In this document: positions 19,542 to 29,078 of the stretch, in pieces
Position numbering within the stretch: position 1 is the stretch's first letter
Layout: each line of letters starts with the position of its first letter
Source of the DNA: an uncultured Phycisphaerales bacterium
GTDB lineage: Bacteria; Planctomycetota; Phycisphaerae; Tepidisphaerales; Tepidisphaeraceae
Assembly (NCBI GenBank): GCA_963758525.1
Contig: CAVWVQ010000003.1
Span: 704,001-768,000 of the forward strand
DNA length: 64,000 bases
Direction of reading: 5' to 3'
Made by a program: the position numbers and the translations under genes
Notes under the pieces: generated by a model
What the model saw: the letters and a program-made list of their open reading frames with translations, nothing else
What the model was told of the DNA's origin: nothing
Database searches by the model: none

Positions 19542-22091
19542 TCAGTTGAGATGCAGGAGCGACTGCCCGTTTCGCTCAATTTCCAGCCCGGTTCGACCGC
19601 CGGCGGCGGGTGAGAAGGTGATCGCGTCGGCCTGATCGGGCCACTGAATCTTGAGCACCGTTTTGTCCGCATTCCAGGATGTGGTCGGCAAGGGCTGGCC
19701 GGTAGTGTATGGAACGAAGAGCATCTTGAAACGCGGGTCGTTTGATTTGCTGTGGATGCACAGCTTCGGGAAGGTGACCGGCTTCATTCCTCCGTTGTCA
19801 TCGGAGATGGTTTCAATCTTCGCAGGCTGTTTGGGATCGACGTTTGCGCCGTCGAGCACACGTATCAGCATATGGCGATCGTGATTCGGAGCGAACAGCT
19901 CACCGTCATCGGCCATTTGTTTTGCCGTGGTGCTGGGGCTTTCATCGAGCATGACATCCAGTCGATAGTGGGCCGGATCGGCATCGTGGGCGGATTTGCC
20001 CAGTTCCACGTCGTCAGCGATGGTCAGGCCCCAACTGTAATCCCGCGTCTGCTCGTCCTTTTGAATGTCATCGATGATCAGCACGTAGGGATGCACGCCG
20101 CGCACCAGGCCGGCGGTGCGGAACGCCTTCTTGACCGGAATTTCCGCCTGATGCCACAGCGCCGACGGCGGCGGCTCGTCATTCTTCGCCGCGACATGAT
20201 TGCCGGTGTCCAGGCCCCAAAGATTCGGTTTGCGCGAAGTGTACCAATCGGGCCCGGCATCCAGCGGCAGGTCCATCCACGGCATCGGCGCGGGATGCAG
20301 CCGGAAATAATTATCGCTGAACGGCAGCATCACGATCTTGCTGCGATCCTTCACGTGAATCAGCCCGTTGGCCAGATAGTCATACGTCGGCTTGAGATCG
20401 GAGACCTCAAACGACGCCTCGGGCTGGTCTTCAAAGGCAACGCACTTGCCGGGCGCGAGGGTCGAACCTTCGCCGTCGATGAGAATCAGCGAGCGATTAC
20501 GCGGAAGATATTGATCCCCGACCTGACGCAGCTTTCGATAGATGCCCCAGTAGCGCCCATCAGCGTAGATGGAGAAGTGACCGCGATCGCTGTACTGGTG
20601 GCCGCCCCTGACCGCCCGGTTGAGATAGTTGAGGTAGAGCGCTTTGGGATCCCAGCTCGACCGCGTGATCATGTTGCAGGTGTCATCGCTGAAATACGTG
20701 ATCGGCGTCGACTTCACCACCTGATTGCGCTCTTCCTCGAGCGTGACGGATTCGTTGTACTCCTGGGCGTACAGTGCGTTCACCAATGCTTCCGTGGCCA
20801 GGAACGGGTGGCGCGTGTTCACCGGCTCGGCGAAGTTGGAATAGTCGGGCTTGATATTGTTGCGATAGACAAAGTCGACGGCGACATCATTTGGGAAAAG
20901 ATATTTGTAAGCCAGGATATCCGCATTCCGCGAGACATGGTCGTTGGTGCCGCCCAGAGAATCATAGAATGTGTCCGCCATTCCCCAGGGGTTGAGCGAG
21001 GCAATGAAATAACTGTGAAACGCGTCGTGCAGATGCGATGCGGCAATCAGATTCTCCCCACGGCGAGCCATGGCGATGAGGTGTTCGTTGAAGGTGAAGA
21101 ACTTGCCCATTCCCTCGTACCCTTCGCCGCCGGCGAAGATGCCGCGCGTGACCACACCGCGATAGGCATAGACGCAGCGGTCGTAGGTGGAGCGGTCGTA
21201 GCCGGGCTCCCCTTCGATGGCGAGCGTCGGAAAAATAAGGCGGGCGCTCCAGGTGATCCAGTTGCTGCTGTTGGTCGTCTGGCCGTAGAGCGTCTGGCAG
21301 CCGATATTGGTCATTCCCTTGCTGGCCCGCGAGCAGGCAGCGCGAACAATCTGCCGCTGGTCATCGCTCATCCAGTTGTAGGCAAAGTCGTACATCAGCC
21401 CCAGCGTTCCCTCCTGCGTGGCGCCTTCGGCAACCACGCGGAAATCGTTGGAGCTGTCCTGCTCTCCCGGCTTGGTCGACTTGCGGGCCTTTTCGATGTT
21501 GGCGTCAATCGCCTTGTGGTCGATCTTCGCCAGCGTCGTGATCGCGGCGGCGACTTTCTTGCCGCCTGCGTCGTCCTTGTCGATCAGGCAACGAAATGCC
21601 TCATACATCAGGTTATAGGTGAGGTTGAGCTTTGACGCTCCCGAAGCCGTGGAAAAAACGTCCACCGTCTCGTCCCCGTCGATCAGTCGTTGATACTCCG
21701 CGCCAAAAACCGCCTTGGGGCCGGTGAGGTTGCGTTCGATGTTGGTCCGGATCGCCGTCATCTGCAACTTGCCCGGCTTGGTCCGCGCCAACCGTTCGCG
21801 GATGGCGGGCAGTTCGTCCGGATTGAAGAGAATGCGCGGATGCACAAACGGCGCCGGAGGCGATTGAAGGCGGTCCATCGCTTCTCCGGCCGTATCCAGG
21901 TCGATTTCGAGCGGCTGACTGAAGAGCTTTTGGATCTCCTCCGCCGTATAGCCAAAATCGCCGTTGCGATGGACCATCTCCATATCGAGAGGAATGAGCT
22001 TTTTCTGCGTGGAATCCGCAAAGACCGACGCCGAAAACAACGACGCCAGCAAGATGATTGCACCCAAGGCCGCCTTCAATTGCGACTGCAT
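19542..22091 (-). CDS. Secreted heparinase II/III-like protein
   Basis: RBS GGAGTGAGG, signal peptide, VHPRILF, MITRSSWD, GGHQYSDRGHF. Paralog of 2..2026. Confidence 0.65.
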   Translation of the reverse strand: MQSQLKAALGAIILLASLFSASVFADSTQKKLIPLDMEMVHRNGDFGYTAEEIQKLFSQPLEIDLDTAGEAMDRLQSPPAPFVHPRILFNPDELPAIRERLARTKPGKLQMTAIRTNIERNLTGPKAVFGAEYQRLIDGDETVDVFSTASGASKLNLTYNLMYEAFRCLIDKDDAGGKKVAAAITTLAKIDHKAIDANIEKARKSTKPGEQDSSNDFRVVAEGATQEGTLGLMYDFAYNWMSDDQRQIVRAACSRASKGMTNIGCQTLYGQTTNSSNWITWSARLIFPTLAIEGEPGYDRSTYDRCVYAYRGVVTRGIFAGGEGYEGMGKFFTFNEHLIAMARRGENLIAASHLHDAFHSYFIASLNPWGMADTFYDSLGGTNDHVSRNADILAYKYLFPNDVAVDFVYRNNIKPDYSNFAEPVNTRHPFLATEALVNALYAQEYNESVTLEEERNQVVKSTPITYFSDDTCNMITRSSWDPKALYLNYLNRAVRGGHQYSDRGHFSIYADGRYWGIYRKLRQVGDQYLPRNRSLILIDGEGSTLAPGKCVAFEDQPEASFEVSDLKPTYDYLANGLIHVKDRSKIVMLPFSDNYFRLHPAPMPWMDLPLDAGPDWYTSRKPNLWGLDTGNHVAAKNDEPPPSALWHQAEIPVKKAFRTAGLVRGVHPYVLIIDDIQKDEQTRDYSWGLTIADDVELGKSAHDADPAHYRLDVMLDESPSTTAKQMADDGELFAPNHDRHMLIRVLDGANVDPKQPAKIETISDDNGGMKPVTFPKLCIHSKSNDPRFKMLFVPYTTGQPLPTTSWNADKTVLKIQWPDQADAITFSPAAGGRTGLEIERNGQSLLHLN

Positions 22092-22140
22092 CCTCACTCC
22101 GCCGTTCAATCGTGCTGCTCGCGAATAAGACAAGATTCGA

Positions 22141-22214
<74 letters not shown>

Positions 22215-22374
22215 GCTGCGACAGGCTGTGTCTCAAAAGCTGTCGAGCCGGGCAGTGTACGAAAGACAACCCCGCGCTTCAACTTCTGGCGAGAGATTGC
22301 AGACATGGCACCGGATCGGTCGAATCGTATACTCCCCCGTGTCGATTTTTGAGGATCCATCGAAAGGACGCGCG

Positions 22375-23367
22375 ATGAACGTGTTAGTTGCCGGCGGAGC
22401 GGGATACATCGGCTCGCATACCGTGAAACGTCTCAAGGAAGCTGGGCATGTGCCGGTGATTTATGACAACCTGAGCCGGGGGCATCGGGCGGCGGTGGAT
22501 ATTCTCCAGGTGCCTTTCGTCAGCGCGGATCTGAACGACCGGGCGGTGCTGGTCAAGGCGCTGCGCGATCATCGCATCGAGACGGTCATGCATTTCGCGG
22601 CATATGCCTACGTCGGGGAGAGCGTGGATCAACCGCTGCTGTATTACCAGAATAACGTGGCGACGACCGTCAGCGTGCTGCAGGGGATGCAGGAAGCCGG
22701 CGTCGAGCGGTTTGTCTTCAGCAGCACGTGCGCGACCTACGGCGACCCGGACAAAATCCCGATCACCGAAGATGAGAAAAAAGCCCCCGTTTCACCCTAT
22801 GGCCGAAGCAAACTGATGGTGGAGCAGATCCTGCATGACGTGCCGCTGGGATGGAAGCAATTCAAGTTTGCCGCGCTGCGGTACTTCAACGCCAGCGGTT
22901 GCGCGATGGACGGGAGCCTGGGTGAGGATCACGATCCGGAAACGCATCTGATTCCCGTGGTGCTGCAGGCGGTGCTCGGGTCTCGGCCGGGCGTCACGGT
23001 CTTTGGAACGGACTACCCGACACCCGACGGCACCAACGTCCGCGACTACATTCATGTGGACGACCTGGCCGACGCGCACATCCGCGCGATGGAGAAGCTG
23101 GAAGAGGGGAAGCCGATCATCTGCAATCTGGGCACCGGCAACGGGTTCTCCGTGAAGGAGATTCTCAAGACTGCTGAAAAAGTGACGGGAAAGAAGGTGC
23201 CGCACAGCTTTGGCCCTCGCCGGGCAGGAGATGCGATCGCACTCTATGCCGATCCGTCGCGCGCGAAGAAATTGCTCGGCTGGGAAGCGAAGTACAAAGA
23301 CCCGGAGACGATCATCCGCTCGGCGTGGAACTGGTTCAGCAAGCACCCTGGCGGGTACGGGGGATGA
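22375..23367 (+). CDS. galE: UDP-glucose 4-epimerase
   Basis: GGAGYIGSH, YGRSK, LRYFNASG, GEDHDPETHLIP, RDYIHV. Confidence 0.96.
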   Translation: MNVLVAGGAGYIGSHTVKRLKEAGHVPVIYDNLSRGHRAAVDILQVPFVSADLNDRAVLVKALRDHRIETVMHFAAYAYVGESVDQPLLYYQNNVATTVSVLQGMQEAGVERFVFSSTCATYGDPDKIPITEDEKKAPVSPYGRSKLMVEQILHDVPLGWKQFKFAALRYFNASGCAMDGSLGEDHDPETHLIPVVLQAVLGSRPGVTVFGTDYPTPDGTNVRDYIHVDDLADAHIRAMEKLEEGKPIICNLGTGNGFSVKEILKTAEKVTGKKVPHSFGPRRAGDAIALYADPSRAKKLLGWEAKYKDPETIIRSAWNWFSKHPGGYGG

Positions 23368-23376
23368 AGGGATAAG

Positions 23377-23566
23377 TCCGAATGACGAAACCCGAAATCA
23401 GAATCAAGCCCGAAGCCCGAATGACGAATGACGAAACAGAATTCGCATCGGACAGCCCCCGAGCATTGGAAGCGATCGAGCTTCTGGGAGATGGGGTCCA
23501 TGGTCTTCATTCGGTCATTCGTCATTCGGGCTTGATTCGACATTCGGGTTTCGGAATTCTGGTTTC
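23377..23566. repeat. Mirror-arranged (C)GAATGA(C) short-repeat element
   Basis: CGAATGAC repeats on the left, GTCATTCG repeats on the right, about 70-nt core, between convergent genes. Confidence 0.75.
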
Positions 23567-23582
23567 CGCCCGAAGTGGCGGC

Positions 23583-24503
23583 TCAGGTTTGTCCCGTCCA
23601 CGATCCATCGGGATCGGCGTTTCTGAACGCTTCGCGGACTTTCGCGACGACGTCCGGCGATAGCGGTCCCTGCTCCGCAATGGCGATATTCTTGTACGCG
23701 TTGTCGGGATTGGTGGTCCCGATGATGGCGCTGTGAACGCCGGGCTGACTGAGGGTGAACCGCATGGCCAGTTCGGGCCAGGCGTTGGGGCCGGTGAATC
23801 CGAGCTTTCCCGGGTCGAGTGACATCTGCCGGAGCCGGTCGTGGTAGGTCTTGGCGTAACTCTTGTACAGACCGCGCTGGTCTTCAATGTCTTTCCACGC
23901 GGCGTTGGCAATCGGTCGCTTGGCGAGAACGCCCTTCCGATGCGCTTGGGCAATGGGCAGCACCAGATCGATATTCGCCTGGTCGACAATGTTGATCGAT
24001 GTTTCGATCACCGCGATCTGGGGATGCGCGGCCGCGTACGCGGCGGCGGCATTATCGCCGGAGTAGCCGGCGAACTTGATTTTCCCCGCATCGCGGGCGG
24101 CCAGAAGAGCGCCCAGCGCGTCCCCCTGGCGAAGCACCTTCTCGTCGCAGGAATGCAGCAGCATCACATCGAGATGATCCGTCTGCAGATTGCGTAGGGC
24201 GCGGTCGACCGTGGCCGTGACCAGTTCAGCGGACCAAGCCGCGCCGGGGGTATCCGGCAGTTTGCCGCCGCATTTGGAGACCAGCACAAATTCCTTGCGC
24301 CGGTGCCCCACCGCTTTGGCGATGGCCTGCTCGGAGCCGGGATAGCTGGCGGCGGTGTCGATGAGATTGACACCGGCGTCAAGCAGGAGGTTAAGAATGC
24401 GGGTGATGCGCTCCTGGTCGGTTTTGAGGTAACCGACGGGAGCGGCGCCGAAGCCGAGCGGCGAGACGGAGAAGCCGGTGCTTCCGAAGATGCTGGTCTG
24501 CAT
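23583..24503 (-). CDS. Aldo/keto reductase
   Basis: GVNLIDTAASY, VLVSKCG, LQTDHLDVMLLH. Confidence 0.93.
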   Translation of the reverse strand: MQTSIFGSTGFSVSPLGFGAAPVGYLKTDQERITRILNLLLDAGVNLIDTAASYPGSEQAIAKAVGHRRKEFVLVSKCGGKLPDTPGAAWSAELVTATVDRALRNLQTDHLDVMLLHSCDEKVLRQGDALGALLAARDAGKIKFAGYSGDNAAAAYAAAHPQIAVIETSINIVDQANIDLVLPIAQAHRKGVLAKRPIANAAWKDIEDQRGLYKSYAKTYHDRLRQMSLDPGKLGFTGPNAWPELAMRFTLSQPGVHSAIIGTTNPDNAYKNIAIAEQGPLSPDVVAKVREAFRNADPDGSWTGQT

Positions 24504-24772
24504 GGGGGATGATAGGAGCGCGGGGGCCGAAAAGTGCAGGGATGGGGGGAGTCTGGCTGATCAGTTCCTTCACCCTCAGTCTTTCCCTTCTTTGACTTTC
24601 GAAAGTGTAGAGGGTGAAGAGTAAGCAGTGAGAGGGGGAGTTCGAGATTGCAAACTTTTGGGACGGTCGCGTTGTGCTCGGCGCGTCGTTCTGTGGGCTC
24701 GATGCTTTTTCTTCTCGCGCCCGCGAAGGGCAAGCTACGGCCAGGCCGTCCGTCTGAGGTGTCCGGCGACAA

Positions 24773-24798
24773 GTCGCTCGGCTCCGCGCTGGCGCGAC
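24773..24798. repeat. Dispersed 26-bp imperfect palindrome, copy 1
   Basis: GTCGCTCGGCTCCGCGCTGGCGCGAC, identical at 53110-53135. Confidence 0.7.
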
Positions 24799-24868
24799 TG
24801 CGAAATCCCCTCTCCCATTCCTCACCCTTCGTGCCTTTATGCTTTCGTGCCTTCGTGCCTTTCCCTCC

Positions 24869-25714
24869 TTACTTCTTCTCGTCGGCGACCTTCCCGGTGT
24901 CTTGCTGGAGTTCGAGGGCTTCCAGCGGACGGACCCAGATATTGCGGTAGCGGACGGGGTTGCCGTGGAACTGGAGCTGAATCGGCCCCTTCTCGGGGAA
25001 TTTGTCGGGATAATGGGCGACGATCATATGGCCGGTTGGGCCTTCGATGCGATGGTGGTCCTGGACGAGGACGCCGTTTTGGATGACGGTGACATAGGCT
25101 GGCTCTTTGAGCTTGCCGTCTTCGTAGATGGGGCGATGGAAAATGATGTCATAGGTCTGCCATTCGCCCGGAGGTCGGCACGCGTTGACCTGCGGCGGAT
25201 ACTGTCCGTAGATCGCACCGCACTGGCCATCGGGATAAGTGGGATTGTTGTAATTGTCGAGAACCTGGGTCTCGAATTTGCCCATCAGGAAAACGCCGCT
25301 GTTGCCGCGACCCTGGCTCTCGCCTTTCACTTCTTTCGGCTCGGCCCACTCGACGTGGAGCTGCACATCTCCGAACTCTTTCTTGCTTTCGAGATACTTC
25401 GGTCCGAAGGAGAGCATCACGCCATCGACAAGCTTGAAGGTTGGCTCTCCGCCGCCTGCGGCCTGCCACTCATCCATGTTGGTGCCGTCGAACAACACGA
25501 TTGCGTCGGAGGGCGCCTTGCCCGGTGTTTCCGGAGTGCTGGCGGTCCCCGGCGTCACCACCGGCGGCGCGGGCCGGGTCATGTCATGGACTTTGAAGTT
25601 CGACCACGGCTGCTGCGGTCCCGCTTTTTCCGCTGCGAATACGAGCGTTCCCGCCAACACCAAACCGCCAACGCCCGCCACCCGAGCAAGGCTTCCGCGC
25701 GTCCAGAATTTCAT
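24869..25714 (-). CDS. DUF1080 (3-keto-disaccharide hydrolase family) secreted protein
   Basis: LFDG, FGDVQLHVEW, GNSGVF, GEWQTYDI, LQFHGNPVRYRNIW. Confidence 0.92.
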   Translation of the reverse strand: MKFWTRGSLARVAGVGGLVLAGTLVFAAEKAGPQQPWSNFKVHDMTRPAPPVVTPGTASTPETPGKAPSDAIVLFDGTNMDEWQAAGGGEPTFKLVDGVMLSFGPKYLESKKEFGDVQLHVEWAEPKEVKGESQGRGNSGVFLMGKFETQVLDNYNNPTYPDGQCGAIYGQYPPQVNACRPPGEWQTYDIIFHRPIYEDGKLKEPAYVTVIQNGVLVQDHHRIEGPTGHMIVAHYPDKFPEKGPIQLQFHGNPVRYRNIWVRPLEALELQQDTGKVADEKK

Positions 25715-26043
25715 CGTTAGCTCCTTCGCCTTCAGATTGTTTTGAATTACTGATCCAGACTGACTTCCGCTCTGTGCATGATACCCGCAAAAATCGCGGT
25801 CGTTGTACGCCTGGATCTCTCGCTACCATGGCGGATCTGCAACTCTGCTTAAATCCCGCCAGCGCGTTGGCGCTCCCCTCAACGGGGGCTTCGTAGATTT
25901 GTCCTGTTTAAGGCCGTCGGCGTATCTGAGGGACAGCGGCCCGGAGGTTTATTCGATGTAATCGAGTGAAAGCATCGCTTTGGGTTGTGGCTTCGCCCGG
26001 CAGACGCATAATTTCTATTTGTTCTTTGGAAGGAGCCAACGCA

Positions 26044-27444
26044 ATGTCGGATGTGTCAGTGGCCGATGCACTCGGCGGGAAGATCGCGATCGGGGAACTG
26101 GTTACCGTCAAAGGCTGGGTGCGCACGCGCCGGGATTCCAAAGGCGGGTTTTCGTTTATCACCATCCATGACGGCTCTTGCTTCGATCCGATTCAGGTTG
26201 TCGCGCCGGCGGCGCTGCCGAATTATACGAGCGAGATAGCGCACATCACCGCCGGGTGCTCGGTGATCGCAACGGGGCCGCTCGTCCGCTCGCAAGGGAA
26301 GGGACAGCAGCTTGAAATTCAGGCGACCGAGCTGAAAGTCGTGGGCCTGGTGGACGACCCGGACACGTATCCGATCTCGCCCAAGCATCACACGTTTGAA
26401 TACCTGCGCGAGGTGGCGCATCTTCGGCCGCGCACCAATACGTTCGGCGCAATCACGCGCGTGCGCAACACGCTCAGCCAGGCGGTTCACCGCTTCTTTC
26501 ACGAGCGCGGGTTTTTCTGGATTCATACGCCGATCATCACGGCATCGGATTGCGAGGGAGCGGGGGAGATGTTCAAGGTGTCGACGCTCGATCTGGCGAA
26601 TTTGCCGCGCGGCGCCGATGGCAAGGTCGACTTCACGCAGGATTTTTTCGGCAGGCAGGCCTCGCTGACCGTTTCGGGGCAGCTCAATGTCGAGACATAC
26701 GCGATGGCGATGAGCAAGGTGTATACGTTTGGCCCGACCTTCCGCGCGGAGAACTCGAACACCACGCGGCACCTGGCAGAGTTCTGGATGGTCGAACCCG
26801 AGGTGGCATTTGCCGATCTCTCGGCCGACGCGGACCTGGCCGAGGCGTTTCTCAAGTATCTGTTCAGAGCCGTTCTCGACGAGCGCGGGGACGACATGAA
26901 ATTCTTCGCCGAGCGGATCGACAAGCAGTGCATCGATCGGCTGGAGAAATTCGTCAATTCCAGCTTCGAGCGCATGACCTATACCGACGCTGTCGCGGCG
27001 CTGGAGAAGTCGGGGAAGCAGTTCGAGTTTCCCGTGCACTGGGGCGTCGACATGCAAAGCGAGCACGAGCGCTACCTGACCGAGGAATACGTCGGGCGAC
27101 CCGTCGTGGTGATGAATTATCCGCGCGAGATCAAGGCTTTTTACATGCGTCTCAATGACGATGGGAAAACCGTGGCCGCGATGGACGTGCTGGCGCCGGG
27201 CATCGGGGAAATCATCGGCGGGTCTCAGCGCGAAGAGCGGCTGGAGGTCCTCGATCAGCAACTGGCCTTCAAGGGTCTCGATAAAGACGCCTACTGGTGG
27301 TATCGCGACCTGCGAAAGTACGGCACCGCACCGCACGCCGGTTTCGGATTGGGCTTCGAGCGAACCATCCTGTATGCCACTGGGATGGCAAATATCCGCG
27401 ACGTTATCCCATTTCCGCGCACACCAAAAAATGCGGCATTTTAG
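26044..27444 (+). CDS. asnS: Asparagine--tRNA ligase
   Basis: [46 protein letters not shown]. Confidence 0.98.
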   Translation: MSDVSVADALGGKIAIGELVTVKGWVRTRRDSKGGFSFITIHDGSCFDPIQVVAPAALPNYTSEIAHITAGCSVIATGPLVRSQGKGQQLEIQATELKVVGLVDDPDTYPISPKHHTFEYLREVAHLRPRTNTFGAITRVRNTLSQAVHRFFHERGFFWIHTPIITASDCEGAGEMFKVSTLDLANLPRGADGKVDFTQDFFGRQASLTVSGQLNVETYAMAMSKVYTFGPTFRAENSNTTRHLAEFWMVEPEVAFADLSADADLAEAFLKYLFRAVLDERGDDMKFFAERIDKQCIDRLEKFVNSSFERMTYTDAVAALEKSGKQFEFPVHWGVDMQSEHERYLTEEYVGRPVVVMNYPREIKAFYMRLNDDGKTVAAMDVLAPGIGEIIGGSQREERLEVLDQQLAFKGLDKDAYWWYRDLRKYGTAPHAGFGLGFERTILYATGMANIRDVIPFPRTPKNAAF

Positions 27445-27579
27445 TACTTTCGGGTTTCCCCTGGACCGATAACCCGGTATTGTCCCGATGACATCGGTTC
27501 TGAAGCAGGGATTAAACCTGTATGAGTCCGCGATATCAGACAACTGCTTTGACGCCAACATGCGCACGTGGCCTAAGAC

Positions 27580-28833
27580 ATGGTCGAGGTCGATGTTCCA
27601 TCCTCAGCAGACTCCCGGCACGAGACCGCCAGTCTCGATCAGCCGGCGTCGAAGCACATCCCCGCGCTGGATGGAGTCCGCGGCCTGGCGATTCTTCTGG
27701 TGCTGCTCCATCATTTTTCCGGGGGAGCTGACCAAGCAACCGCGATCGGGCGCGGCTGGATTTCCCTGACGAGCGGGCTGTGGATTGGGGTGGACCTGTT
27801 CTTCGTTCTCTCCGGCTTTCTGATCACCGGCATTCTGCTCGACAGCAAACGGTCAACCCGGTACTTCCGCAACTTCTACGCGCGGCGGTCGTTGCGCATT
27901 TTTCCGCTCTATTACGGCGTTCTGCTGGCGATGCTGATCGCTTTCCCATTTCTCCACTACTACGTCCGGCAGGAGGTTGGAAGGGAGTTCTATTCCCGGC
28001 AGGCGGGCCTGTGGCTCTATCTGACCAACTTCGTCATGGCCGCCAGGGGCGTTGATTACTACTGGGCGTTCGATCACTTCTGGTCGCTGGCCGTGGAAGA
28101 GCATTTCTACCTTCTCTGGCCGCTGGCAATTTACCTTTGCAGCCGTCGCGGCGCACTGCGGCTTTGCGTCATTGTCAGCGTGCTGGCCCTGGCGTTTCGG
28201 ATTGTACTGACCTTCGCAAACGTCAGCCCCGCATCCATTTACATACTCACCCCCTGCCGGATGGACGCGCTGGCAGTCGGCGGGCTCGCCGCGCTGCTGG
28301 TTCGCGGGTCCTTGGCCGAGCACTGGTTCCGTTGGGCGCGCCCGATCGCCGTTGCGAGCGGCATTGCCTTGATCTGTCTTGCGGTCGCCCGTCACGGGCT
28401 GTCGCAGCACGACCCGGTCATCCAAACCGCCGGCTATTCCGTGCTGGCAATTTTCTTTGCGGCATTATTGCTGCGTGCCGTCGCCGTGGGTCAAAACAGT
28501 CTCCTCGGCCGGTTCTGGACGCTGCCGCCACTTCGATTCACTGGCAAACTCGCCTATGGCCTGTATGTATTTCATCCCTTTTTTATCATTCCGCTCGACC
28601 GCCTGTTCGATGGTCCGCATGGCCGAACACTTGGATACGGACATCTCTCAGGCATCGTCCTCTTCGCCGCCTTCGGCATCGGGGCGTCGCTATCGACCGC
28701 ATTCCTCAGTTGGCACCTCTACGAGAAGCATTTCCTGCGCCTGAAGGTGCTGTTCGAATACGACTCCCCCAGCCAGCCTGATATTCCCGAACCGCTCGAG
28801 GTCGAGGGTCTGGCCGAGGCTGTTTCAGCGTAG
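27580..28833 (+). CDS. Acyltransferase-3 (OafA-like) membrane O-acyltransferase
   Basis: LDGVRGLAIL, GVDLFFVLSGFLI, FYARRSLRIFPLYY, HFWSLAVEEHFY. Confidence 0.93.
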   Translation: MVEVDVPSSADSRHETASLDQPASKHIPALDGVRGLAILLVLLHHFSGGADQATAIGRGWISLTSGLWIGVDLFFVLSGFLITGILLDSKRSTRYFRNFYARRSLRIFPLYYGVLLAMLIAFPFLHYYVRQEVGREFYSRQAGLWLYLTNFVMAARGVDYYWAFDHFWSLAVEEHFYLLWPLAIYLCSRRGALRLCVIVSVLALAFRIVLTFANVSPASIYILTPCRMDALAVGGLAALLVRGSLAEHWFRWARPIAVASGIALICLAVARHGLSQHDPVIQTAGYSVLAIFFAALLLRAVAVGQNSLLGRFWTLPPLRFTGKLAYGLYVFHPFFIIPLDRLFDGPHGRTLGYGHLSGIVLFAAFGIGASLSTAFLSWHLYEKHFLRLKVLFEYDSPSQPDIPEPLEVEGLAEAVSA

Positions 28834-28843
28834 GCATGGAGCG

Positions 28844-28895
28844 AGGGTTCAGGGTTCAGGGTTCAGGGTTCGGGGTTCAGGGTTCGGGGTTCAGG
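28844..28895. repeat. Heptamer tandem repeat (RGGGTTC)x7
   Basis: Seven units starting about 10 bp after the acyltransferase stop. Confidence 0.9.
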
Positions 28896-28960
28896 ACCAC
28901 CATAAGTGCTCGCACACGAATAACTTGACCAATTTCGAAGCTACACGGGTGACGCAATTA

Positions 28961-29019
28961 CGTAGCACGGCCGTCTCGGCTGTGGCCAAATCACAGCCGG
29001 GACGGCTGTGCTACGGGGG
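28961..29019. repeat. GTAG-type REP doublet
   Basis: GTAGCACGGCCGTCTCGGCTGTG...CACAGCCGGGACGGCTGTGCTAC; near-identical inverted copy at 48082-48146. Confidence 0.85.
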
Positions 29020-29078
29020 CTCGCGTTGGTCATCGCGGCTTGGGATTTTGTGGCGTTTCTTGGCCTCTCGGATCGCTG

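Noticed and set aside
19752..21635. Long antisense ORFs (627 aa here; also 7864..9429, 18076..19329, 26056..27567, 824..2020, 62243..63178)
   Set aside because: They are shadows of real genes on the opposite strand, as expected with GC-rich codon usage, and have no recognisable motifs.
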